Positions 27,711 to 35,836 of a stretch of DNA of 56,595 bases are shown piece after piece (positions within the stretch are counted from its first letter, which is position 1; every line of letters starts with the position of its first letter). The position numbers and the translations under genes were made by a program. Below the pieces are notes generated by a model. That model did no database searches, was not told where the DNA came from, and worked only from the letters and a program-made list of their open reading frames with translations. The DNA comes from a virus (Duplodnaviria > Caudoviricetes): the IMG/VR virus record IMGVR_UViG_3300020045_020339, positions 1 to 56,595 of that record. One strand, given 5' to 3'.

Positions 27711-29145
27711 TATTGACATTAATAAAATTAATGCAGCGCTTGCCGGTAAAGAGTTGAAGCGGTTTGTTCTATATACTAAGGGAGATTACATAGTTAAGCC
27801 ATTCCACGAATACATAATGCAGCGGTTGGATGCCTTTGCAAAAGGTGAGATAAAGAAGCTGATGATATTTGCACCGCCACAGCATGGCAAAACAGAAATT
27901 GCCTCACGTCGTTTTCCTGCTTATTTCCTTGGCCACAATCCCGAAACAAAAGCAGCAGTAGCCAGTTATTCGGCAACGATAGCACACGAAATTGGCAGGG
28001 ATATAAAAAACATTATCAATAGCCAGGAATATAGAGAAATTTTCCCGAAAGTGACAGCTGGTAAGAATGTGAATGGTAATACCAGTATGTCGGATGCAAG
28101 CCATTACTACCATATTTCCAGTACTGAAAAAAAGAATAATGGTTATGTGTATACTGTTGGCCGTGGCGGCTCTATTACTTCGAAAACTGTTGACCTTGGA
28201 ATTATTGATGATATTTTGAAAGGTAGGGAAGAGGCTACAAGTGCAGGAGTAAAGGGTAAGATGTGGCAATGGTATAAAGATGATTGGCGTACCAGGATGC
28301 ATAACGATAGTCAGGAATTGATAATGACAACACGATGGGCTGAAGATGATTTAGCAGGCAGGTTATTAAAAGAGGAAGCGGACCAGTGGGAGGTAATTAT
28401 TTTTCCAGCAATTAAAACAGAAGATTATTCAGCCTATGATCACCGACAACCCGGCGAAGTTCTTTTCCCCGAAAAACATTCACTGGAACGCATCCTGCAA
28501 ATAAAGAAGACTAATGAAACCAGTTATGATAGTTTATATCAGCAGAATCCTAAACCTAATACTAAACTGTTATGCCATCCTGATTTTAAAAAGGTAAAAG
28601 AGTTCCCGCTGGACTTGATCAACAAATGGATTATTGGTATTGACTACGGTATGAATGACGAAACAGTAGTGGTTGCTATTGGCTGCCATGAGAATAAACG
28701 TTATTGGAAAACATTGCTCTATCAACCAGGCAGGGAGATTATTAAAAATTATAAGGAGCAGGCTAAGGAAGAGGTAAGCGAAGCAGATACGGAAAAAGTC
28801 AACAACATTATCGTCAATGCCATTTACCAAGTAATTGTTAAGAATGGGCATGAGAAGTCACAGTGCTACAGTGAGCATGATAAGGTGAAGATTGTGAAGC
28901 TATTGGGTAAAGGGTTGCTGGTTTATTTGGCTCGTAAAACTATCAGCGAAGGTATTGAACGGGTGAATGAGCTGGATAATTATTATTTAGATACTGACCT
29001 GCAGATGTATAATGAGGTAAGTGTTTACCAGTTTAAGAATATCGGGGAAATAATATTGGATGAGCCTGTTGACGGTAATGACCATATTATGAATGCTGGC
29101 AGGTATGCGATTTATACTGACGATATTTTGAATGGGCAGGCGTAA
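27688..29145 (+). CDS. terL: Terminase large subunit
   Basis: Walker A APPQHGKT, Walker B IIDD, TRW coupling motif, YQQNP, nuclease GIDYG and DHIMNAGRYA. Confidence 0.93.
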   Translation: MTNTLPFSIDINKINAALAGKELKRFVLYTKGDYIVKPFHEYIMQRLDAFAKGEIKKLMIFAPPQHGKTEIASRRFPAYFLGHNPETKAAVASYSATIAHEIGRDIKNIINSQEYREIFPKVTAGKNVNGNTSMSDASHYYHISSTEKKNNGYVYTVGRGGSITSKTVDLGIIDDILKGREEATSAGVKGKMWQWYKDDWRTRMHNDSQELIMTTRWAEDDLAGRLLKEEADQWEVIIFPAIKTEDYSAYDHRQPGEVLFPEKHSLERILQIKKTNETSYDSLYQQNPKPNTKLLCHPDFKKVKEFPLDLINKWIIGIDYGMNDETVVVAIGCHENKRYWKTLLYQPGREIIKNYKEQAKEEVSEADTEKVNNIIVNAIYQVIVKNGHEKSQCYSEHDKVKIVKLLGKGLLVYLARKTISEGIERVNELDNYYLDTDLQMYNEVSVYQFKNIGEIILDEPVDGNDHIMNAGRYAIYTDDILNGQA

Positions 29146-29171
29146 AAATTTGTAATCAAAAACAAAAAGAT

Positions 29172-29768
29172 ATGAAAAAGATTAGTACTTTATTTAAAAA
29201 GAATCCTGAAAATTTAGGTTTAGTAATTAACGAAATCAACCCCGAAAACCAATGGGTATTTGATCAAGGAGTGAAATCAACAAGAAAGTATGATGGTATG
29301 GCATGCGCTATTATTAACGGAGAATTGTATAAAAGAAGAGATGTTAAAAAGGGTAAACAAATACCTATTGGCGCAATTGAGTGCCAAGAAGCTGATAAAA
29401 TCACAGGTCATCATCCGCACTGGATAAAATGTTTCCCTGAAAACAAAGAAGATGAATTATTTTTTGAAGGTCTTGCCGCATTGAAATTACAAACAAAGTA
29501 TCCGATTGAATTAGGATATGGAACTTATGAGTTATGCGGTGAAAAAATATCAACACAGAGATTTGACCCAAACTTTAATCCTGAAAAAATTTCAGGGCAT
29601 TTAATGATACCACATGGTAAAGATATATTGAGTTTGCCTTCTTTAGAATTTGAAGCACTTAAACAATATTTAACCAATCCTGAAAATGATATTGAAGGTA
29701 TTGTTTTCTACCATCCAGATGGCAGGATGTGCAAGATTCGGAAATCGGATTTTGGTATTAAAAGGTAA
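29172..29768 (+). CDS. ATP-dependent RNA-ligase-like nucleotidyltransferase (DUF5565/RLIG1-like)
   Basis: Motif I TRKYDG, motif III YELCG, motif IV IEGIVF, motif V MCKIR; HPHW segment; no OB domain. Confidence 0.75.
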   Translation: MKKISTLFKKNPENLGLVINEINPENQWVFDQGVKSTRKYDGMACAIINGELYKRRDVKKGKQIPIGAIECQEADKITGHHPHWIKCFPENKEDELFFEGLAALKLQTKYPIELGYGTYELCGEKISTQRFDPNFNPEKISGHLMIPHGKDILSLPSLEFEALKQYLTNPENDIEGIVFYHPDGRMCKIRKSDFGIKR

Positions 29769-29899
29769 AATACTAAATTAAAAAACCGGGCCACTTATTG
29801 CAGCCCGGCTCCCCATTAAACATAAAAAATAAGACAAGTACAAAAACGCATTTAGATACACAAGGTAAAAATAATATTTAAAGTATTATATTAATTTTA

Positions 29900-29907
29900 T
29901 AGCTTTG
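29900..29907 (+). promoter_or_regulatory. Bacteroidota -7 promoter box at start of fold-back RNA
   Basis: TAGCTTTG ends 2 nt before the first paired base (29910). Confidence 0.6.
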
Positions 29908-30007
29908 AATTACCGGCTCCCCGAAACCACGGATTTGTCAGGGAACCGCCAAGTGTGCGAGCGGCAAATCCGTATCTTGCCAACCAGTGTAAATTATAAA
30001 ACAAAAA

Positions 30008-30301
30008 ATGCCTATAATGAATTTGCGTTATGTTAAAGTAGCTTTGCTCATGAGCGTTAAGCGTTTAGTGGGCTTATTTAAAAAGAAAAAAAGTTGCGGA
30101 GCATTGCCGGATACGGCAAAAAAACACCCGCTTTCGGATTCGGGTGCAAACGCTAAAAGCGTTTTGAATAGTAGTAATTTTATTTTAAGCCAATTTCCTT
30201 GTTGTCAATTTGAGCGTAGTGTTCGTATAAATGTTTCCAATAAGCGTCCATATGTTCGTCAAGGTAGCTGGCATGCATACATCGAATCTCGTCTAAAGTA
30301 A
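30008..30301 (+). CDS. Possible ORF whose start is sequestered by the fold-back
   Basis: ATG 30008 with A-rich leader; cationic amphipathic N-terminus; C-terminal part is antisense to another ORF and may be spurious. Confidence 0.3.
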   Translation: MPIMNLRYVKVALLMSVKRLVGLFKKKKSCGALPDTAKKHPLSDSGANAKSVLNSSNFILSQFPCCQFERSVRINVSNKRPYVRQGSWHAYIESRLK

Positions 30302-30440
30302 TACCCCTTTTATCCGCTTCCTGCTGTAATATTATATCTTCAAAAAAGTCTTTACTTACTTTTAATTCAACCAACAATTTCAGTATAATAGATAGTTGGT
30401 CGCTTTGGGTTACATTAAAACTAAAATCCTTTGGTAACAT
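30180..30440 (-). CDS. Acidic helical hypothetical protein inside the fold-back loop
   Basis: 86 aa, protein-like composition, the only plausible minus-strand gene in the late region. Confidence 0.6.
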   Translation of the reverse strand: MLPKDFSFNVTQSDQLSIILKLLVELKVSKDFFEDIILQQEADKRGITLDEIRCMHASYLDEHMDAYWKHLYEHYAQIDNKEIGLK

Positions 30441-30673
30441 AATCTTCGCTTAATTCTCCGCTCTGAGGTGGCGAGAGCTTTTTCTTTTTAAATAAACCGC
30501 TAACAAAGCGGCTACTTAATATAACGACTAATTATAGGCTTTTTTGTTGCCTTTGGTTGGCAAGATTTTCGGGGAGCCGGTAACGGTCCCATATGCCCGG
30601 CTATAAAATTATTTCTCAAAAAAAATTAAAATAATACTTTGGTTATTAAAATAATTTATCTTTATGGCAACAA

Positions 30674-30898
30674 ATGCCACCAATAACCGCCGAAATAGTA
30701 AAGAAACTTGATAATAAGGTGAGGTGTCTGTGCTGCAAAAGGATATTATTTGAAGGTGTAATTGAGCGTGGTTGCATTAATATTCAATGCCCATCATGCG
30801 GAACTGACAATGTATATTTTGTAGCAGGCGTTCAAAAGGATCGTTTTGTAAATAGTGGCAGAAGCATGGTGGATATGATAAAAAATACTGTGAAGTAG
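30674..30898 (+). CDS. com: Mu Com-like zinc-ribbon regulator
   Basis: VRCLCCKRILF...INIQCPSCGTDN matches the Com-family CxxC...L...I.I.CPxC..N pattern. Confidence 0.75.
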   Translation: MPPITAEIVKKLDNKVRCLCCKRILFEGVIERGCINIQCPSCGTDNVYFVAGVQKDRFVNSGRSMVDMIKNTVK

Positions 30899-30960
30899 AG
30901 CAGCGGTAGCTCGTCGGTCTCATAAACCGAAGGTCGTTGGTTCGAATCCATCCTTCGCAA
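30889..30960 (+). tRNA. tRNA-Met(CAT), initiator-derived, CCA not encoded
   Basis: Acceptor TGTGAAG/CTTCGCA, D-stem GAGC/GCTC, anticodon stem TCGGT/ACCGA with CAT at 30921-30923, TTCGAAT loop. Confidence 0.9.
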
Positions 30961-30973
30961 CAAATAATTTTAA

Positions 30974-31017
30974 TGAACCTAAAAGGTCGTGAGTGTAATG
31001 CTCCCGGCCTTTTTTTT
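30974..31017 (+). promoter_or_regulatory. Conserved leader hairpin, copy 1 (before portal)
   Basis: TGAACC-TA-AAAGGTC-N17-GGCCTTTT; same pattern at 47614. Confidence 0.7.
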
Positions 31018-31026
31018 ATTCAAAAA

Positions 31027-32535
31027 ATGAATTTAAAACAGGCAGGTAAAGAAATAATAAAAGGTAATATCGGCAATGCCTTTAGCCAGTTGTTGACACC
31101 ATCAACATACCGTGGCAATAGTCCGTTACCTTCTCCTGCTGTTCCGCTTGATGTAATGGCCTTTGGCGGTGATGGTGTTGGCGCCTTTTATAGTTGGAAT
31201 GGAATAGGCAGTTCTTTGACAGCATATGAAGAATGTCCGCCGTTAATGTCGGTGTGTAACCGCCGAGCCTTAGCATTTATCAATGCAACTATATCGGTAG
31301 TTAATAGCGCCGGTAAACCTTCTACCTCATCACAGAGTAAGCAGGTATTAAAGCGGCTGGCAAATCCTAATCCATTACAAACGACAGCAGCATTTTTAGC
31401 ACAGGTACATATTTACATTGATTTGGTAGGCTATGCAGTTATTGCACCTATAAGGCCTGTTGGTTTTGAAATGTATGAATCGGAAAGCCTTTGGGTAATA
31501 CCTCCAACATTATGCAGCCTTGGTTGTGATAGTACAGGATTGAATTTTACTACCGGCGGAATTGATTATGTGATGATAGGAGGCCGCAGGGTGAATACTT
31601 CAGATGTAATGATCATTACTGATATTAATCCATCCATCAGGGAAATGGTAATACCAGGTGCAAAAATCAAAAGCTTGGAATTGCCCATTAATAATATCAT
31701 AGGCGCTTACCAAAGTGAAAGCACATTGATAAAGCACAGGGGGCCAACGGGGTTAATAACAAACGAGATCAGTACGCAAATGGGTGCACCATTGCCTTTA
31801 TCCGATACCGAAAAGGCCAGAATACAGGCAGGCTTTAACCGGGCTTATGGCTTATTGAACGGACAAAGTCATGTTGTAATTACAAGTGCTGCATTAAAAT
31901 ATCAGAAAACTGGCTTCAATGCGGAAGAGCTTGGCCTGCATAAGACAATTGAAAACGGCACCAAAGCAATTTGTGATACGATCGGTTTCCCAACTGAGTT
32001 GATGGGTATCATCAACCCTACTTACAGCAACAAGGAAAGCGCTGATAAGGAGGTCTACACTAAATACATCATTCCTTCTGCAATCAGCATTGCTCAACAG
32101 CTTGGCAGCTACCTGTTGCCCATATCCGATAAGCTATGTTTTGATTATCGGCATGTACCTGAATTACAGCAGGACAAACAGAAAGAAGCGCAAGCCAGGA
32201 AGACTTTAATCGATAGCCTAAAAATAGAATTTGATTTGGATTTGATCACTCAAAACCAAATGTTGGAGCTGATGGGATTGCCGCCACTCGGTCCTGAAGG
32301 TGATTTAAGAAAATCACAAATACCTCCGGGCAATATTCCTTTAGCTGTTACACTTGGCGTTGGTGGCGTACAGGCTTTAACAGCAGTATTAGCTGCACAA
32401 GGTATTTCAGAAGAAGCAAGGCAGGCAACGCTTGAAGTAGTGTTTGGTTTGAAACCAGAAGATGCTAGAAGGATGAGTTCACAAGCTGCTACAGAAACAT
32501 CACAAAATTCATTACAAACCACCGCTCAACAATAA
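31027..32535 (+). CDS. Portal protein (HK97-like)
   Basis: ATG 31027; LANPNPLQT, GYAVI, AICDTIGFPTELMG and TYSNKESA segments; follows terminase. Confidence 0.88.
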   Translation: MNLKQAGKEIIKGNIGNAFSQLLTPSTYRGNSPLPSPAVPLDVMAFGGDGVGAFYSWNGIGSSLTAYEECPPLMSVCNRRALAFINATISVVNSAGKPSTSSQSKQVLKRLANPNPLQTTAAFLAQVHIYIDLVGYAVIAPIRPVGFEMYESESLWVIPPTLCSLGCDSTGLNFTTGGIDYVMIGGRRVNTSDVMIITDINPSIREMVIPGAKIKSLELPINNIIGAYQSESTLIKHRGPTGLITNEISTQMGAPLPLSDTEKARIQAGFNRAYGLLNGQSHVVITSAALKYQKTGFNAEELGLHKTIENGTKAICDTIGFPTELMGIINPTYSNKESADKEVYTKYIIPSAISIAQQLGSYLLPISDKLCFDYRHVPELQQDKQKEAQARKTLIDSLKIEFDLDLITQNQMLELMGLPPLGPEGDLRKSQIPPGNIPLAVTLGVGGVQALTAVLAAQGISEEARQATLEVVFGLKPEDARRMSSQAATETSQNSLQTTAQQ

Positions 32536-32900
32536 TGCAGACACTAATTATCATATCAGTAGTAATAATATTTTTTATCACAGCATGGATGTGTAAAAAG
32601 CAGTTGGTAAAAGTTCTTTTAAAACTGAAAGGCAAGCTGCATATTCAAAGCCTGCGTACTGCTATCAATGATGCTGATGCGGATAAAGAAAAAACCGATC
32701 GTAAGAATTTGGTAGTGTTCAATACATCTACCGGTGAATTTGAACCTGTGCAAAAAAGAATGCTGAAGGGTATTGCAAAAATGAAAAGCCAGAACAAAGT
32801 ACCGGCAGGTTTTAGGCAACCAAAGGCGGTAAAGAAATCAGCATTGACTTTACAAAAAGTGAAGCATGTTGAAAACAAATCATTATACGTAACTAAATAA
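32535..32900 (+). CDS. Basic protein with N-terminal TM
   Basis: TAATG coupling; LIIISVVIIFFITAW. Confidence 0.65.
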   Translation: MQTLIIISVVIIFFITAWMCKKQLVKVLLKLKGKLHIQSLRTAINDADADKEKTDRKNLVVFNTSTGEFEPVQKRMLKGIAKMKSQNKVPAGFRQPKAVKKSALTLQKVKHVENKSLYVTK

Positions 32901-32905
32901 TTTTT

Positions 32906-33064
32906 ATGTCAAATACCGGAAACTATTGCGGCTCACCTGAATTAAAACAGGCCTTAGCCGATAAAGATAAAAAGCCTGCACCTCTAGTTGATAAAGCTGC
33001 ATTGGCCGCATCAATTAAGGATAAGGAAAACAAAATTGCCAATAATCAAACCGTAAGAAAATGA
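32906..33064 (+). CDS. 52-aa hypothetical protein (not in ORF track)
   Basis: MSNTGNYCGSPELKQALADK...; ATGA overlap with the protease gene. Confidence 0.55.
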   Translation: MSNTGNYCGSPELKQALADKDKKPAPLVDKAALAASIKDKENKIANNQTVRK

Positions 33065-33930
33065 GCAAACCAACAATGAAAATCGGCGGCGTAACAGTAC
33101 CGCAAGGTTTAACTCAAAAAGAGTTATTAAAATTTCTTGTTGAAAATAAAAGTATCCTGATTGCTGAAAAGCGATCGGCTATCAAATATGCTGATGCCAT
33201 TGAGGTAGGAAGCAGTATAAAATACTTTGTTGATAAGGAAGGCAAACTTAATAAAGGTGTGTTGGAAGAAACTGCAAAGGCAGAGATCGGCGGTCCTGAA
33301 ACGGTCCTTTGTGTTATCAATACCACTAACTGGATGGATAGCCACAGTGATGTGCACATGCCAGGTATATGGAGTAAATCCATTAAAGAAAATAAAAGCT
33401 TCTTACATCTGCAGGAGCATCAAATGAAGTTTACCAACATCATCAGCGATGAGGCTAAAGGTTATACCGAATCAATGAGCTGGAAAGATCTTGGACTTGA
33501 TTTACCAGGTGTAACTGAAGCATTAATATTCGCTACTCCACTTAGTGGCCGTAACGAATATATGGAAGATCAGTATCGCAAAGGGTTTGTAAAAAACCAT
33601 AGTGTTGGAATGAGGTACGTGGTAATAAAATTATGTGTTAACGAACCAGAAGATGAATGGTACAAAGAAGAGTATGCTAACTGGGTTACCTATTCGCCAA
33701 AGGTAGCTAACCTGGTTGATGCCGAGGCGCAAGGTTATTTTTGGGCAGTGCTGGAGGCACAAATAATTGAAGGTAGTGCTGTACCAAAAGGCAGCAACAT
33801 CATAACACCAACGATTGGTTTTAAATCCGTTCAGCCGGCAGTAGCCACTGAAAAGAATGAGCCGGAGCAATCCACTCAGGTAAAGGAAGTAAACTGGGAT
33901 AAGGTGGGGGATTTTTTATTACAATCATAA
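33061..33930 (+). CDS. Prohead maturation protease
   Basis: DSHSDVH, HLQEH, NHSVGMRY and IEGSAV motifs; between portal and capsid. Confidence 0.78.
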   Translation: MSKPTMKIGGVTVPQGLTQKELLKFLVENKSILIAEKRSAIKYADAIEVGSSIKYFVDKEGKLNKGVLEETAKAEIGGPETVLCVINTTNWMDSHSDVHMPGIWSKSIKENKSFLHLQEHQMKFTNIISDEAKGYTESMSWKDLGLDLPGVTEALIFATPLSGRNEYMEDQYRKGFVKNHSVGMRYVVIKLCVNEPEDEWYKEEYANWVTYSPKVANLVDAEAQGYFWAVLEAQIIEGSAVPKGSNIITPTIGFKSVQPAVATEKNEPEQSTQVKEVNWDKVGDFLLQS

Positions 33931-33954
33931 TCAAAAAACAAAATCTTTTCAGAC

Positions 33955-35412
33955 ATGAAAAAGTTAAAAACAAATAAGTATTTGCTGGTTGGCCTTAGCA
34001 TACTTGTAACCGTTGCCCTATTTATTTTCGGGCAGCATGGCCATAATGAAGCTACTGGTATGGCTCTTGCAAATGCCGGTGCTGTAGTTACGTTGAGTGA
34101 AGCTGAAAAAGCAGGCTTTAATGAGCAGGAACAAAAAGTAATTCTTGCCGTTAAAAAGTATGCTGAACAAATGAAGGAAGGCATTACTGCCGGTTTAATC
34201 AGCAAAGATGAAATTGCCGGAATAATTGCTGGTACCAAGCTTGATAAAGAAGCTGGTGATGAAGCCAAAACTTTGAAAGAGCGCTTGGAAGAGTTAAAAG
34301 AAATTGCCCGTAAACAAGGCACTACTTTAACCGAATTAGGTTTAAAAATGAACGGCGTTGAAACTGGTAATAAATCTATTGCTCAGGTAATGGAAGAAAG
34401 CAAAGAGGATTTAAGGAAAATTTATACTGCTGGTTCTGGTGTTAAGCAGTTCATGATCTTGACAAATGAGAAAGGTCAATATGTTGCTCGTCCTTATGAT
34501 CCAACTAAAGCAGCTACACCTCATGCTACTATTGATAATATGAATGGTAACGGTGGTACAGCTTCTATTGCTCAAAGCATAAGTGCTGCTACTATTCTGC
34601 GTATGGGAGGCGATGCCCCAATACAAAGCCAGTATAGAAATACACCATGGATATTTGATTTGTGCAATTTGGTAAATGTTGGTATCGATGTTCCTTTTGC
34701 TATTTGGTATGATGAGCAAATAAAACAAGGATCTTCCGCTAATGTAGCTGAAGGTGTTACCAAACCAAAAACACAATATGCTTATGAACTGAAGAGTAGC
34801 AACTATAAAAAAGAAGCCACTCTTTTAGGATTCAGCGAAGAATTCTCTATGGATTTTGCCCGTCTGCAATCAGATATATTAGGCAAGGGTCGTACAGATT
34901 TGATTAATAGGATCAATGCTGCTGTATTGGTTAATGTAAAAGCTGCTGCAACTGCATACAGTACGCAAGCTCAATTTGGTTTAAGGCCTGCTGCTAACGT
35001 TAACGATTGGTTGGTACTAGCTGCAATGGCTGCCCAGGTTGACAATGCAACTTTTGGCGCTAATGCAAATGCTGCAATCATGAGCACCTTTAAAAAATAT
35101 AATCTTGGTACACAGCAAACCACTCAAAACGAATGGTTAGATGTTCCGAGCGTATTGCAGAATCTTGGTTTAGTTGGCAATCCTGATTTAGGTGCCGATG
35201 ATATCCTTGTAGGGGACTTCAAGCAATATAACATTTTGTTACGTGGTGGCTTGATAGTTAAGGTAGGCCATAACGGAACCGACTTTGCAGAAAATATGTA
35301 CAGCACAGTTATGGAGCAATTCTACTATGACTACATCAGTTCTTTAAGAACTCCTGCAATTGTTAAAGGTGCTGACTTTGCTACTGTTAAAACAGCGCTT
35401 ACTCAACCATAA
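33955..35412 (+). CDS. Major capsid protein (HK97 fold, with coiled-coil delta-like domain)
   Basis: VAEGVTKP, FSEEFSMD and ILVGDFKQY segments; follows the protease gene. Confidence 0.85.
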   Translation: MKKLKTNKYLLVGLSILVTVALFIFGQHGHNEATGMALANAGAVVTLSEAEKAGFNEQEQKVILAVKKYAEQMKEGITAGLISKDEIAGIIAGTKLDKEAGDEAKTLKERLEELKEIARKQGTTLTELGLKMNGVETGNKSIAQVMEESKEDLRKIYTAGSGVKQFMILTNEKGQYVARPYDPTKAATPHATIDNMNGNGGTASIAQSISAATILRMGGDAPIQSQYRNTPWIFDLCNLVNVGIDVPFAIWYDEQIKQGSSANVAEGVTKPKTQYAYELKSSNYKKEATLLGFSEEFSMDFARLQSDILGKGRTDLINRINAAVLVNVKAAATAYSTQAQFGLRPAANVNDWLVLAAMAAQVDNATFGANANAAIMSTFKKYNLGTQQTTQNEWLDVPSVLQNLGLVGNPDLGADDILVGDFKQYNILLRGGLIVKVGHNGTDFAENMYSTVMEQFYYDYISSLRTPAIVKGADFATVKTALTQP

Positions 35413-35436
35413 TTTTTAACCAAAATAATTTTCAAA

Positions 35437-35778
35437 ATGGAACACACAATCGATGCGACAGTTACAGTAACTCAACTGCCTTCAAGAACAGGACCTCAGT
35501 ATAAAAACCCGGGTGATGTATCATTCACAGTTAATTATGCAGAGGGGTATAGCGGCGCAAAATCATGGCCTAATGGTAAAGAGCTAACCGTTTCCAAAGA
35601 GGTAGCCGAAGATTTCACAGGTCGTGGAATTGGACACGTTACTCCGGAAGAAAAAGCGGAAGGAACACAACCAGAAGAGCTAACCGTTTCCAAAGAGGTA
35701 GCCGAAGATGATAAAGCATCTGAAGCTAATGATGGAAAGGAAGAGGTGAAAACCGAAAAGTTAAAAGGTAAAAAGTAA
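35437..35778 (+). CDS. Head-associated hypothetical protein with internal duplication
   Basis: 113 aa, ELTVSKEVAED occurs twice. Confidence 0.7.
   Translation: MEHTIDATVTVTQLPSRTGPQYKNPGDVSFTVNYAEGYSGAKSWPNGKELTVSKEVAEDFTGRGIGHVTPEEKAEGTQPEELTVSKEVAEDDKASEANDGKEEVKTEKLKGKK
35579..35709 (+). repeat. Exact 35-bp direct repeat
   Basis: AAGAGCTAACCGTTTCCAAAGAGGTAGCCGAAGAT at 35579-35613 and 35675-35709. Confidence 0.9.
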
Positions 35779-35836
35779 ATGCCGAATTAGTTGTGTGTTC
35801 TTAGTTTTTCAATTGATCATCATTAAAACATTTATA

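Larger units (their letters stand above)
29910..30583 (+). ncRNA. Putative ~674-nt fold-back structured RNA
   Basis: Nested long-range helices: 29910-29926/30567-30583, 29974-29986/30554-30566, 30000-30018/30531-30548, 30026-30042/30511-30526, 30074-30090/30479-30495, 30096-30101/30456-30461. Confidence 0.6.

Noticed and set aside
29910-30583. Retron msr-msd, DGR or IS/MITE explanation for the inverted repeats
   Set aside because: No reverse transcriptase or transposase is recognisable in the window, no target-site duplication was seen, and the arms are interrupted by a hairpin insertion and G-U-type differences
30937-31026. Extended portal N-terminus from the ORF track
   Set aside because: The TTG start lies inside the tRNA and runs through the leader hairpin; ATG 31027 has a typical A-rich leader
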